Below, in pieces: positions 17,195-24,610 of a stretch of DNA of 64,000 nucleotides. Both the position numbers and the translations under genes were made by a program. Under the pieces are notes generated by a model, which saw only the letters and a program-made list of their open reading frames with translations, ran no database searches and was not told the DNA's origin. Source of the stretch: a bacterium (GTDB lineage Bacteria > Verrucomicrobiota > Verrucomicrobiia > Limisphaerales > J093); contig JAKANS010000002.1 in assembly GCA_021823625.1 (NCBI GenBank), positions 7,575-71,574 on the forward strand. The letters run 5' to 3'. The stretch's first letter is position 1, and the number at the start of each line of letters is the position of its first letter.

Positions 17195-20100
17195 CTATGG
17201 GTCATAGCGGACCCGGTAATACCGCTGCCCGCCACCGGCCGGGCTGACCAAATTCGTTACCGTCAAAGTCTGGATCGTCGGCGCGGCGTTGGTGGCGGCG
17301 GCGAACACCGTCCACATCGGTGCCACGAGATTGGTGACGTACTCGACCGCGTACCCGGTCTGGGCGGCCGCCCGCCAAGACAACTGGGTCGTGTACGGAT
17401 CCGTGCTGAGGATCTTGAAATCGGTGATCAGCACGTCGTCGAACGGATATTGGTCGTAGCCGTTGGCCAGCCCGTCGCCATCCGAGTCAATGGTCTTGCT
17501 GTCCACCAAACCGACGTTTACATGCAGGGTCTTGCCGTTGCGCAAAGCCACATCCACGCCACTCGCCGGTCCAGCATAATCTTTCACCCAGTGCAACTGG
17601 CCGCCGAACAGGCCGTCGATTTCCTCTTCGCCCAGGTTGGAGGCGGCAAAGTAGATGTTCAGCCCCGGTTCGATCACGATATAGGCCGCGGGATCCAAAG
17701 CCACGCTGTTCGTAGCAAACTCGAGGTAATCCACATACAGCGCGTAGTTGCCGGGCAGCGGGGTGCCCATGCCGTCCGTGGGCGGTCCGAAACGCAGTTC
17801 CCCGTTCGGCAGACTGTCCAGCACGAGCCGGCCGATCGCCGCGTTGTCCTTGAAACCGTCTTTGCGCGCGCCGCGGTCCGCCGCGGCCCAAGTATGGGAC
17901 ACGCTGGTAAACTGGGGGGCGCGAGTGCGGAAGGTGGTGCCCAGCAGGTCACCGTAAGCGGGTTTGCGCAGCAGGCTGAAACCGTCGGACAACTCGATCA
18001 AATTGTTGGCCCCCGCCCCCACGTCGCTAAAGCTGTTCGTGACATTGATGAAGAAGCCCCGGCTGGCAACGACGTGGGTGTTCCGCAGTTTGTAATCGTT
18101 GCCATAATAGTGGACCGCTCCGCTGGCGTTTTCGTAAGCGCTATCCAGGACCGCCGTGTTCGCGAACACTCGCAGGTCGTTGTTGTTTTGGATGGTCCCG
18201 GAATCTTGGAAGAAGTCGCACGCGATTTCGTGCGCGCCCGCCCGGAGCGTCCCGGTGTTGACCATTTGCAGTAGTTGCTGGCCGGCCGGATAATCGCCCC
18301 CGTAGTAAGCGACGTTCGGGATGTTGATCGTTCCGTTGTTGGTCATGTACCGCAACCCCGGCGTCAGGTCGCCCGTCCAGTTCACCAGCGGCCCGCCCAG
18401 CGAGAAGTTGCTGTTCACGGTCAAGCTCTCAGCCGCAATGTCCATTTTGCTGCTCACCAGAAAAGGATCGTCGATCACCACGTTCGTACTCGCCAGAGCG
18501 AGCGTGTGGGTAACCACCTGTTGGGTCCTTGTGAGCAAATCGGCGCTGAGCACAAGACAGTAGATGCTGACATCCACCGGGTTGGTAACGGGGTTGAAAT
18601 AATTCGTGTTGGCGTCGATGAACCAGTTCGACAGCACCAAGGCAAACTGGTTCGACCACACGCCACTCCAGGCGTAGATGTTGCCATTAACGGCGTGCGT
18701 CGAGTCCTTCGACAGGCTCTGGATGGTCAGCAGACCGTTGGTGGAAGCCATGTCGTAAATGAGATTCGGAACATCGATCTTCGCGCCGGCGCTGTTCTTC
18801 AGGTGCTTGGCCTTGATACTCACCGTGCTCATGCCCCGGATGCGGGTGTTACTCAAGTCAACGGTGTCGCCCGCAATCTCGATCCGCCCGCTCGTGTTGG
18901 TCACATCGACGCCCGGCACCGGCGGCGGACGGTTTTCGAGATTGTCGATGAAGCCCCCGTAACCGGCGTACAAGTTGGTCGCATACACGTTGGAGAAGCT
19001 CAAATCGTAAAGGAACGAGTTGAAAATCGGACTATTACCGTTGGCACCGATGGCAAACTCGAACGGCTGCTCCCGGTAGATCCGATAGGCGTAAGGCCGC
19101 ATCGTCGGCACCCAAACCAACAGATTCGTCAAGGACAGCGTGTTGGTATTGTATCCCAAGTAATCCACGAAGTAGATGGCACTGGTTTCAGCCGAAGCCG
19201 TGATGACGTTGGTCGTTTGGGAGGCAATCTCGACCGCCACGGTGCCCATACCCATTCCGGCCGGACCGGGAGGGCCGAATTTGGTCCGAACCGTGAAATT
19301 GGTGTCGCCCACCCCCACAAGGACCGCCTGGCGATAAATATTGGTGGGCATGATCAGGTTCGAGATCGACCCATCGAAGTTAGTCAGGGTCAACCCAGTA
19401 AAGCCCACGACGCCGGTGTTGCCAAACGAGGTGTTATACTCGGGTGGAATGAAAGTGCTGACACCGGTCAGGAACCATCCGAACTTGTTCGTCACCGCAT
19501 GGAATGGGGAGTTGACCAGGAAGCCCCCGCTCTGCGGTCGCAGAATCGCCGCCGTGTTGATGGGACCGAAAATCGGCGGCGGATCCTGTACGCCGGAACC
19601 CCAGTAAAGGTCGAACATCGCGCTGTCGGGGTAGAAAGAGTCCGGTACGTTGTCCCGATCGACATCGAATATCGCGTTGGCGAAGCCGAACGAGGTTAGC
19701 GGCTGCACTTCCAAGCTGCCGCGAGACAAATTCACGTTTTGACCGGTGATCGAGAGGATGCCGGCGTTCCCCACGCCGATATAGCCCGAACTGGCTACGT
19801 TCGTGGCCGAGATCAGCAGCATCGTCTGGCTATAGGCGCCTGGTCCCCAATAGTCCGGAAGCACGTAATACTCCAGTGCGGCGACCCGGCCGGAATTGTC
19901 GTTGACGAAATTGGCCGACGGGCGATGGAAACCGTTGTCGTCGATGTAGTCGAATCGAAAGCCCGGCACACCGATCATGGCGCCGCGGTTCGTGTAGTAC
20001 CGCGTATTCGTGAAATCGTACGGCAGCGTCATCGTGAAATCGTACGGCAACGGCGTGAACGCCTGGAACGTGCCCAGATTGACAAACGCCGTGGCGTCGA

Positions 20101-20221
20101 TTTGCGGCGGGTTGGTGACGATGGTGCCCGAGTTGATGTAAATGGGCAGGGTACTCGAGCCGGCGCGCACGAGCACCGGCAGCACTGCTGCCCCCGCCAG
20201 GAATGTCAAAAGCCGCTTCAT
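17195..20221 (-). CDS. large secreted hypothetical protein (1008 aa), probably beta-helix/adhesin-like
   Basis: Signal peptide MKRLLTFLAGAAVLPVLVRAGS. N/T/G-rich, repeat-poor sequence. Asp-rich Ca-binding-type motif DSDGDGLANGYDQYPFDD. C-terminal domain ending in QRYYRVRYDP. No catalytic motif recognised. Confidence 0.75.
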   Translation of the reverse strand: MKRLLTFLAGAAVLPVLVRAGSSTLPIYINSGTIVTNPPQIDATAFVNLGTFQAFTPLPYDFTMTLPYDFTNTRYYTNRGAMIGVPGFRFDYIDDNGFHRPSANFVNDNSGRVAALEYYVLPDYWGPGAYSQTMLLISATNVASSGYIGVGNAGILSITGQNVNLSRGSLEVQPLTSFGFANAIFDVDRDNVPDSFYPDSAMFDLYWGSGVQDPPPIFGPINTAAILRPQSGGFLVNSPFHAVTNKFGWFLTGVSTFIPPEYNTSFGNTGVVGFTGLTLTNFDGSISNLIMPTNIYRQAVLVGVGDTNFTVRTKFGPPGPAGMGMGTVAVEIASQTTNVITASAETSAIYFVDYLGYNTNTLSLTNLLVWVPTMRPYAYRIYREQPFEFAIGANGNSPIFNSFLYDLSFSNVYATNLYAGYGGFIDNLENRPPPVPGVDVTNTSGRIEIAGDTVDLSNTRIRGMSTVSIKAKHLKNSAGAKIDVPNLIYDMASTNGLLTIQSLSKDSTHAVNGNIYAWSGVWSNQFALVLSNWFIDANTNYFNPVTNPVDVSIYCLVLSADLLTRTQQVVTHTLALASTNVVIDDPFLVSSKMDIAAESLTVNSNFSLGGPLVNWTGDLTPGLRYMTNNGTINIPNVAYYGGDYPAGQQLLQMVNTGTLRAGAHEIACDFFQDSGTIQNNNDLRVFANTAVLDSAYENASGAVHYYGNDYKLRNTHVVASRGFFINVTNSFSDVGAGANNLIELSDGFSLLRKPAYGDLLGTTFRTRAPQFTSVSHTWAAADRGARKDGFKDNAAIGRLVLDSLPNGELRFGPPTDGMGTPLPGNYALYVDYLEFATNSVALDPAAYIVIEPGLNIYFAASNLGEEEIDGLFGGQLHWVKDYAGPASGVDVALRNGKTLHVNVGLVDSKTIDSDGDGLANGYDQYPFDDVLITDFKILSTDPYTTQLSWRAAAQTGYAVEYVTNLVAPMWTVFAAATNAAPTIQTLTVTNLVSPAGGGQRYYRVRYDP

Positions 20222-20268
20222 AGCCGAATCAAAGTCGTTTCCGAGCCAACTCCTGGCTCAATCTGGGT

Positions 20269-21807
20269 TCACGGGGTTGTTCCACCTGTCCCGGTCGTGC
20301 TGGTTGTTCCGGTCGCTGTAACCGTGATGAACGGAGAAAGCCACGGGGTCTGGCTGCTGTCACTCATGCTCCCCGAGAGGACCAGGCGTTCCAAGTCTTG
20401 GATGCTTGCACCGAAAGGATAAATGACCGGCTCCGCCGTAGTCCCGTCATAAGTCCCCCAGAAGAAACCCGGGATACTATCGGCTTCTCCACCTTCGGGA
20501 ACGTTGATGAGAAACTGGCCCAACTTGCTGAAGGTGATCGTGACGGGGGGCTGTATCAGCCCGGGACCGGCCAACGTCTCGCTGCCGTTCTGCGCATCCA
20601 AGTTAACCAGCGGAATGGTCCGGCGGTACATGACCGGCGACGTGACCCCGATGCCGAGGTCCGCCGCGGTGAAAAGCACGTCCGGGGCCGTCAGCGTACG
20701 CTGCACGGTCTGACTACGCTGGGTGTAATTGGTGATGTACTTGTCCACGTACACGTTCGTCAGCGCCACCCAGCCGCCGACCAAGGAATCGTAGTTCACC
20801 CGCGCAAAGCTGACCTTGTCCACGCCCGAACGGAGTGCGACGTCGATCGCCGCCAGGTTGGTTCCCACCGCGTTGGTGAAACCGGAAGGAGCACCCCACG
20901 GGTTTGAGCTGCCGGATCCGGTGCTGCCCCCGATCAGGTAAGTGCCGCTTGCCGTCCCCGGCGACGCCTGCACCACGTTCGTGGCCAACGTTTCGACGTT
21001 GTAGTTGGAGGGCCGGTACAGGTAGCGCAACGCAGCCACGTCGTCGCGGGTCAGGCCGGTGAAGAACAGCCCAGGCGAGGTGTTGACCGTCCAGCCGGAG
21101 GCAAAGATTCCCACCGACAGCCCTATGAACGAGGACACGGAATTGACGCTCGGAACAGTAGGATCCACCTCGAACTCCACCGCTTCATACGTGGGCGTCG
21201 TAATCGTCTGGAGAATCTGATAGGTGTAAAGCACGGAGTTGACGTACGCGCTGGGTTGAAGCGAGAGCGGATCGAAGTTGCGTCTGATGACCGTGTAGAA
21301 AGGAATGTTGTTGATCACGACGCGCGATCGCAGCGTCCAGACGTACCGCTCTGCCGGCGCGGCCCCCATGACCTCCATCAGCGCGGCCATCGCGTACGAC
21401 CGCAGATCGTACAGGTACAGCGCCGTCGCCCGGTGGTTGAAGCGGCGGGTATCCAAGGGAAACTCAGACAGATCCGCGCTCATTTGTGAGGTTGCCGGCA
21501 GGTCGTTGAAGACCTTGATGGCCTTCTCCACCTCTTCCACGCCTTTCGCGCCAAAATAATTGAGGAACGATTCGTCGAACCCGTAGGTGATCAAAGGCAG
21601 GTTCCACCGGTATTCCTCCCCCAAGTTCATCGGCCCCCCCACGTCCGGTGGGAGGGTGTTGTTTCCAAGATCCAGCCCCCCGAGCTGGTAGCCGATTTCC
21701 GGCGTCATCCAGGTGTCGAACGCGCCCAGCAACGAGAACGCCTGGGCGCGGGGCAACGCGCCGGCGAGGGCGAGGACCAGCAGGATTCGAGCGAACAGAG
21801 CACGCAT
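20269..21807 (-). CDS. secreted hypothetical protein (512 aa)
   Basis: Signal peptide MRALFARILLVLALAGALPRAQA followed by FSLLGAFDTW. Thr/Gly-rich tail (TATGTTSTTGTGGTTP). The start lies 3 nt after the stop of the upstream 691-aa gene. No family recognised. Confidence 0.75.
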   Translation of the reverse strand: MRALFARILLVLALAGALPRAQAFSLLGAFDTWMTPEIGYQLGGLDLGNNTLPPDVGGPMNLGEEYRWNLPLITYGFDESFLNYFGAKGVEEVEKAIKVFNDLPATSQMSADLSEFPLDTRRFNHRATALYLYDLRSYAMAALMEVMGAAPAERYVWTLRSRVVINNIPFYTVIRRNFDPLSLQPSAYVNSVLYTYQILQTITTPTYEAVEFEVDPTVPSVNSVSSFIGLSVGIFASGWTVNTSPGLFFTGLTRDDVAALRYLYRPSNYNVETLATNVVQASPGTASGTYLIGGSTGSGSSNPWGAPSGFTNAVGTNLAAIDVALRSGVDKVSFARVNYDSLVGGWVALTNVYVDKYITNYTQRSQTVQRTLTAPDVLFTAADLGIGVTSPVMYRRTIPLVNLDAQNGSETLAGPGLIQPPVTITFSKLGQFLINVPEGGEADSIPGFFWGTYDGTTAEPVIYPFGASIQDLERLVLSGSMSDSSQTPWLSPFITVTATGTTSTTGTGGTTP

Positions 21808-21810
21808 AGG

Positions 21811-23742
21811 TTACCGGACGCGAATAACGCGATAGTAAGCGGTGGAGTTGGTGCCGGGAATGACGGAGGAAGCGACGCTCCCCGGAGCGAACGCAGGTCC
21901 CGCGGCATCCGACCAAGTTTTCAAATCGGTCGAGGATTGGAGTTGGTAGATGGAACCCGGCAGGGCGTTCCATTGGACCAGGAGACCGCCGGTCGTGGGC
22001 TTAATGCCGACCCGCAGGGCACTGTCCCCTTTCGTTGGGTCGGTTCCGGCCAGGAACTCAGCCAGGTTCGAGGCGCCATCGCCGTCGGAATCCACCGTTG
22101 GAATTGGCCAGGTCGAGCTGTCCGGCCCCCAATACAGCGTCTGCCAATCGTCGGGCAGGCCGTCGTGGTTGCGGTCGCGGCCCCAGGTCGTGCCGCTGGC
22201 CACGTCCGACAGCGGCGAAACGCGACCGCCCGTCAACTCATAGGCCAGCCGGAAGCTGTGCACCGTTGCGGGATCCAGATCGCTCAGAATGTAGAAATTG
22301 CTGGTCAGAGCCACCGGCGTCGCCGCTCCGTCCACGAAGAGACGGTAGCCCGCGAGGTCGGTGTAGCCGGCCAGCGGCGCCCAGCTCACCATCAACGAGT
22401 ACGAGTCCAGCGCGGACACGACCGGTGCGCTCGGCGCCGGCAGCACCTGTTCACCCGCAAACCGTTGGCCAAAAATCTCGAAACTCGCGTCCCCGCCGGC
22501 GAATCCGGCCCAAGCCACCAGGAACCGCCCGCTGCCATCCGCCGCCACCATGGGTTGGAGTTGCTGGCTGACGGTGGTGGTGTTGATGAGGAATTCGCCC
22601 CCCGCCGGACCGTCCGAGCTCAGCAAGCGCCCGTAAATGCCGTCGCGCGAGCCATCCTGCCAAAGACTGTCCCACACCACGAGCCGGGTGTCGCCCAGGG
22701 CGGCGAGCTGCGGCGAAAACTGATTGTTCGGCCGGTAGGTGTTGACCACGGCCGGGGCGCCGACCGGCTGCCCCGCGGTGTCGAAATTACCCACGACCAC
22801 GTCCCACATGTTGGTCAGGTCGGGGAGATAACGCTCGCTCCAGGCCGCCACGAAGCCGCCGTTCCAACCGCGGGCCAGCACCGGGTTGGCGCAGAGGTTG
22901 GTCGCGGTGTTGAGCCGGAACTCGTCGCCGAGCGGATTGCCGGAAGCGTCGAACCGCCGGGCGAAGACCTCCACGCTGTTTTCGTAGCTCTGCTGCTCGC
23001 TCACCCACGCCGCGACAAATGCGCCCCCATCGACCGGGGTCACGGCCGGATTCCGCTGGTTGAAACTGCTGAACTGGTTGATTTGAAATTCGCCGCCCAG
23101 CTTGTCGCCGTTCGGCGCGAGGCGCTGCCCAAAGACGCCCTGCATGCTGCCGTCCTGGCCGAAGCCGCTCCAGAGCACGACCAGGTTGCCGTCGGGCAGG
23201 AGTGCGATGGCCGGGTTGGCGCGCTGGTTGCCGGTGGCCGCGTTCAACCGCAGGTCGCCCGTCGTGAAAGTGCCTTCCGGGCCGATGACGCGAGCCCAAA
23301 TGTCCTGCGATCCCTGCTTGCCCCCCTGCCAAACGAAGACCGCCCCACCGTCCTTGAGCAATTGAACCTGCGGATTCTCCTGGTCATCGGCCGTGCTTTC
23401 GTTGACCCGGAACATCCGCGTGGGAATGGGTGAAAGCGAGCCGTTCAGCTTCGCAGCCCCGATGCCGAGACCCGCGCCGTCCACGGCGTTGTCCTGCCAG
23501 ACCGCGTAGCCGCCACTGGCGTCGAGGCTGAGGTGGGGATGCGTCTGGTCCCCTGGCATTCCGCGCGTGATCAGGTACTCGGTGCCTTGCGCCGCGGCCG
23601 TCAGGTCGGCCGCCGCCATGCTGCTCGTAGCGGCCATCCCGAGGGCCAAGGACAGCCGGACCGCCCGGCCAGCGTCACGCGCCCGGACCACGGCCGGGTT
23701 CGCCGACGCGCTTCGAGGGCGTCCACTCATTGTTCCGCTCAT
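21811..23742 (-). CDS. secreted repeat-propeller / FN3 protein (about 643 aa from the ATG at 23742)
   Basis: Six to seven repeats of about 55 aa (pattern EF.(I/V/L)N......Q..P.V....DG.FVV.W......DGS..G(I/V)FGQR(F/L)). An FN3-like segment follows (SYSLMVSWAPLAGYTDLAGYRLFVDG), then DxDxDG-type motifs (DRNHDGLPDD, DSDGDGASNLAEF) and a C-terminal domain ending in AYYRVIRVR. The ORF track starts at 23886. The ATG at 23742 places a Tat/Sec-like basic N-region before a hydrophobic stretch. Confidence 0.75.
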   Translation of the reverse strand: MSGTMSGRPRSASANPAVVRARDAGRAVRLSLALGMAATSSMAAADLTAAAQGTEYLITRGMPGDQTHPHLSLDASGGYAVWQDNAVDGAGLGIGAAKLNGSLSPIPTRMFRVNESTADDQENPQVQLLKDGGAVFVWQGGKQGSQDIWARVIGPEGTFTTGDLRLNAATGNQRANPAIALLPDGNLVVLWSGFGQDGSMQGVFGQRLAPNGDKLGGEFQINQFSSFNQRNPAVTPVDGGAFVAAWVSEQQSYENSVEVFARRFDASGNPLGDEFRLNTATNLCANPVLARGWNGGFVAAWSERYLPDLTNMWDVVVGNFDTAGQPVGAPAVVNTYRPNNQFSPQLAALGDTRLVVWDSLWQDGSRDGIYGRLLSSDGPAGGEFLINTTTVSQQLQPMVAADGSGRFLVAWAGFAGGDASFEIFGQRFAGEQVLPAPSAPVVSALDSYSLMVSWAPLAGYTDLAGYRLFVDGAATPVALTSNFYILSDLDPATVHSFRLAYELTGGRVSPLSDVASGTTWGRDRNHDGLPDDWQTLYWGPDSSTWPIPTVDSDGDGASNLAEFLAGTDPTKGDSALRVGIKPTTGGLLVQWNALPGSIYQLQSSTDLKTWSDAAGPAFAPGSVASSVIPGTNSTAYYRVIRVR

Positions 23743-23992
23743 GTAAGCTGTGTCCACAAGCTTTCGCACTTCGTTGGGCAAGCCCCGCCTTTGCGGTCGA
23801 CCTGCCCGGTCACGCTGCTTTTCTGAATACCGTGGCCGCGAGCACCACTTAGCAAGTCGCCTGCCACTCGACTGACCGAACGTCATCGCTCCGCCAGCCC
23901 TTCAAATCTCCCCAAACCGCAGAATCGAGGACCACCCCCGGCGGTTCCGGCAAGTTGGGGTCGGCCTTGGTCCCGAGCCGGCCCTCGAACGC

Positions 23993-24577
23993 TCACTGGG
24001 CCGGACTGAACGGCGATTGCGACGGCAATTTGTTGGGATCGTACGGGAGATTATTTTCGTCGTGCACCCGGTTGCCGGCCGGATCGATGATCGTGGGGGT
24101 CACGAAAATGACCAGATTCTTCTTCGAACTCGACTTCGCCTCGCTGCGGAACAAGCGGCCGACCAGCGGCAGATCGCCGAAGACGGGCACCTTGTCCTTG
24201 ACCTTGGTGACGCGCTCGGAGATCAAGCCGCCCAGCACCACGGTCTGTCCGTCCCACACGATCGAACTGGTCACGACCTGGCGGATGCGGAACCGCGGCA
24301 GCGGCACCGGCGCGGCCAGGTTGCCGACGACCGCCCGGAATTGGCCGGGATCGTCGTAGCCGAGGAATTCGGTAACCGTCGGCAGCAGGTTTAGTTGGAT
24401 GGTGTAACCATCCGCCGAAACGTGCGGGATCACGTCCAAGGTCGGGCCGATCGGCACCGGGACGGTGGTGGGTTGAATCGTCGGGGTGGCCGCCGCCTGG
24501 TTGACCACCTGGGCGTGGGCCAGGCCGCCCAACCCCAAAACCGCCGCACCGAGCAGAACAAGCGCTTTGATTCTCAT
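23993..24577 (-). CDS. secretin C-terminal half (second part of the PF00263-type secretin domain) with its own signal peptide
   Basis: MRIKALVLLGAAVLGLGGLAHAQ signal, then LDVIPHVSADGYTIQLNL, WDGQTVVLGGLISE, KVPVFGDLPLVGRLFRS and NLVIFVTPTIID, which is the canonical C-terminal secretin signature. It is in the same frame as the upstream 826-aa ORF and is separated from it by a single TAA. Confidence 0.8.
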   Translation of the reverse strand: MRIKALVLLGAAVLGLGGLAHAQVVNQAAATPTIQPTTVPVPIGPTLDVIPHVSADGYTIQLNLLPTVTEFLGYDDPGQFRAVVGNLAAPVPLPRFRIRQVVTSSIVWDGQTVVLGGLISERVTKVKDKVPVFGDLPLVGRLFRSEAKSSSKKNLVIFVTPTIIDPAGNRVHDENNLPYDPNKLPSQSPFSPAQ

Positions 24578-24610
24578 ATCGAATGTCTGGTCGAAAGTTG
24601 GATCCACCGG

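Noticed and set aside
3107-23886. PEP-CTERM sorting signals on the large exported proteins near the exosortase.
   Set aside because: None of the C-termini has a PEP motif followed by a hydrophobic helix and a basic tail. They end in a soluble beta-rich domain (...YRV...).
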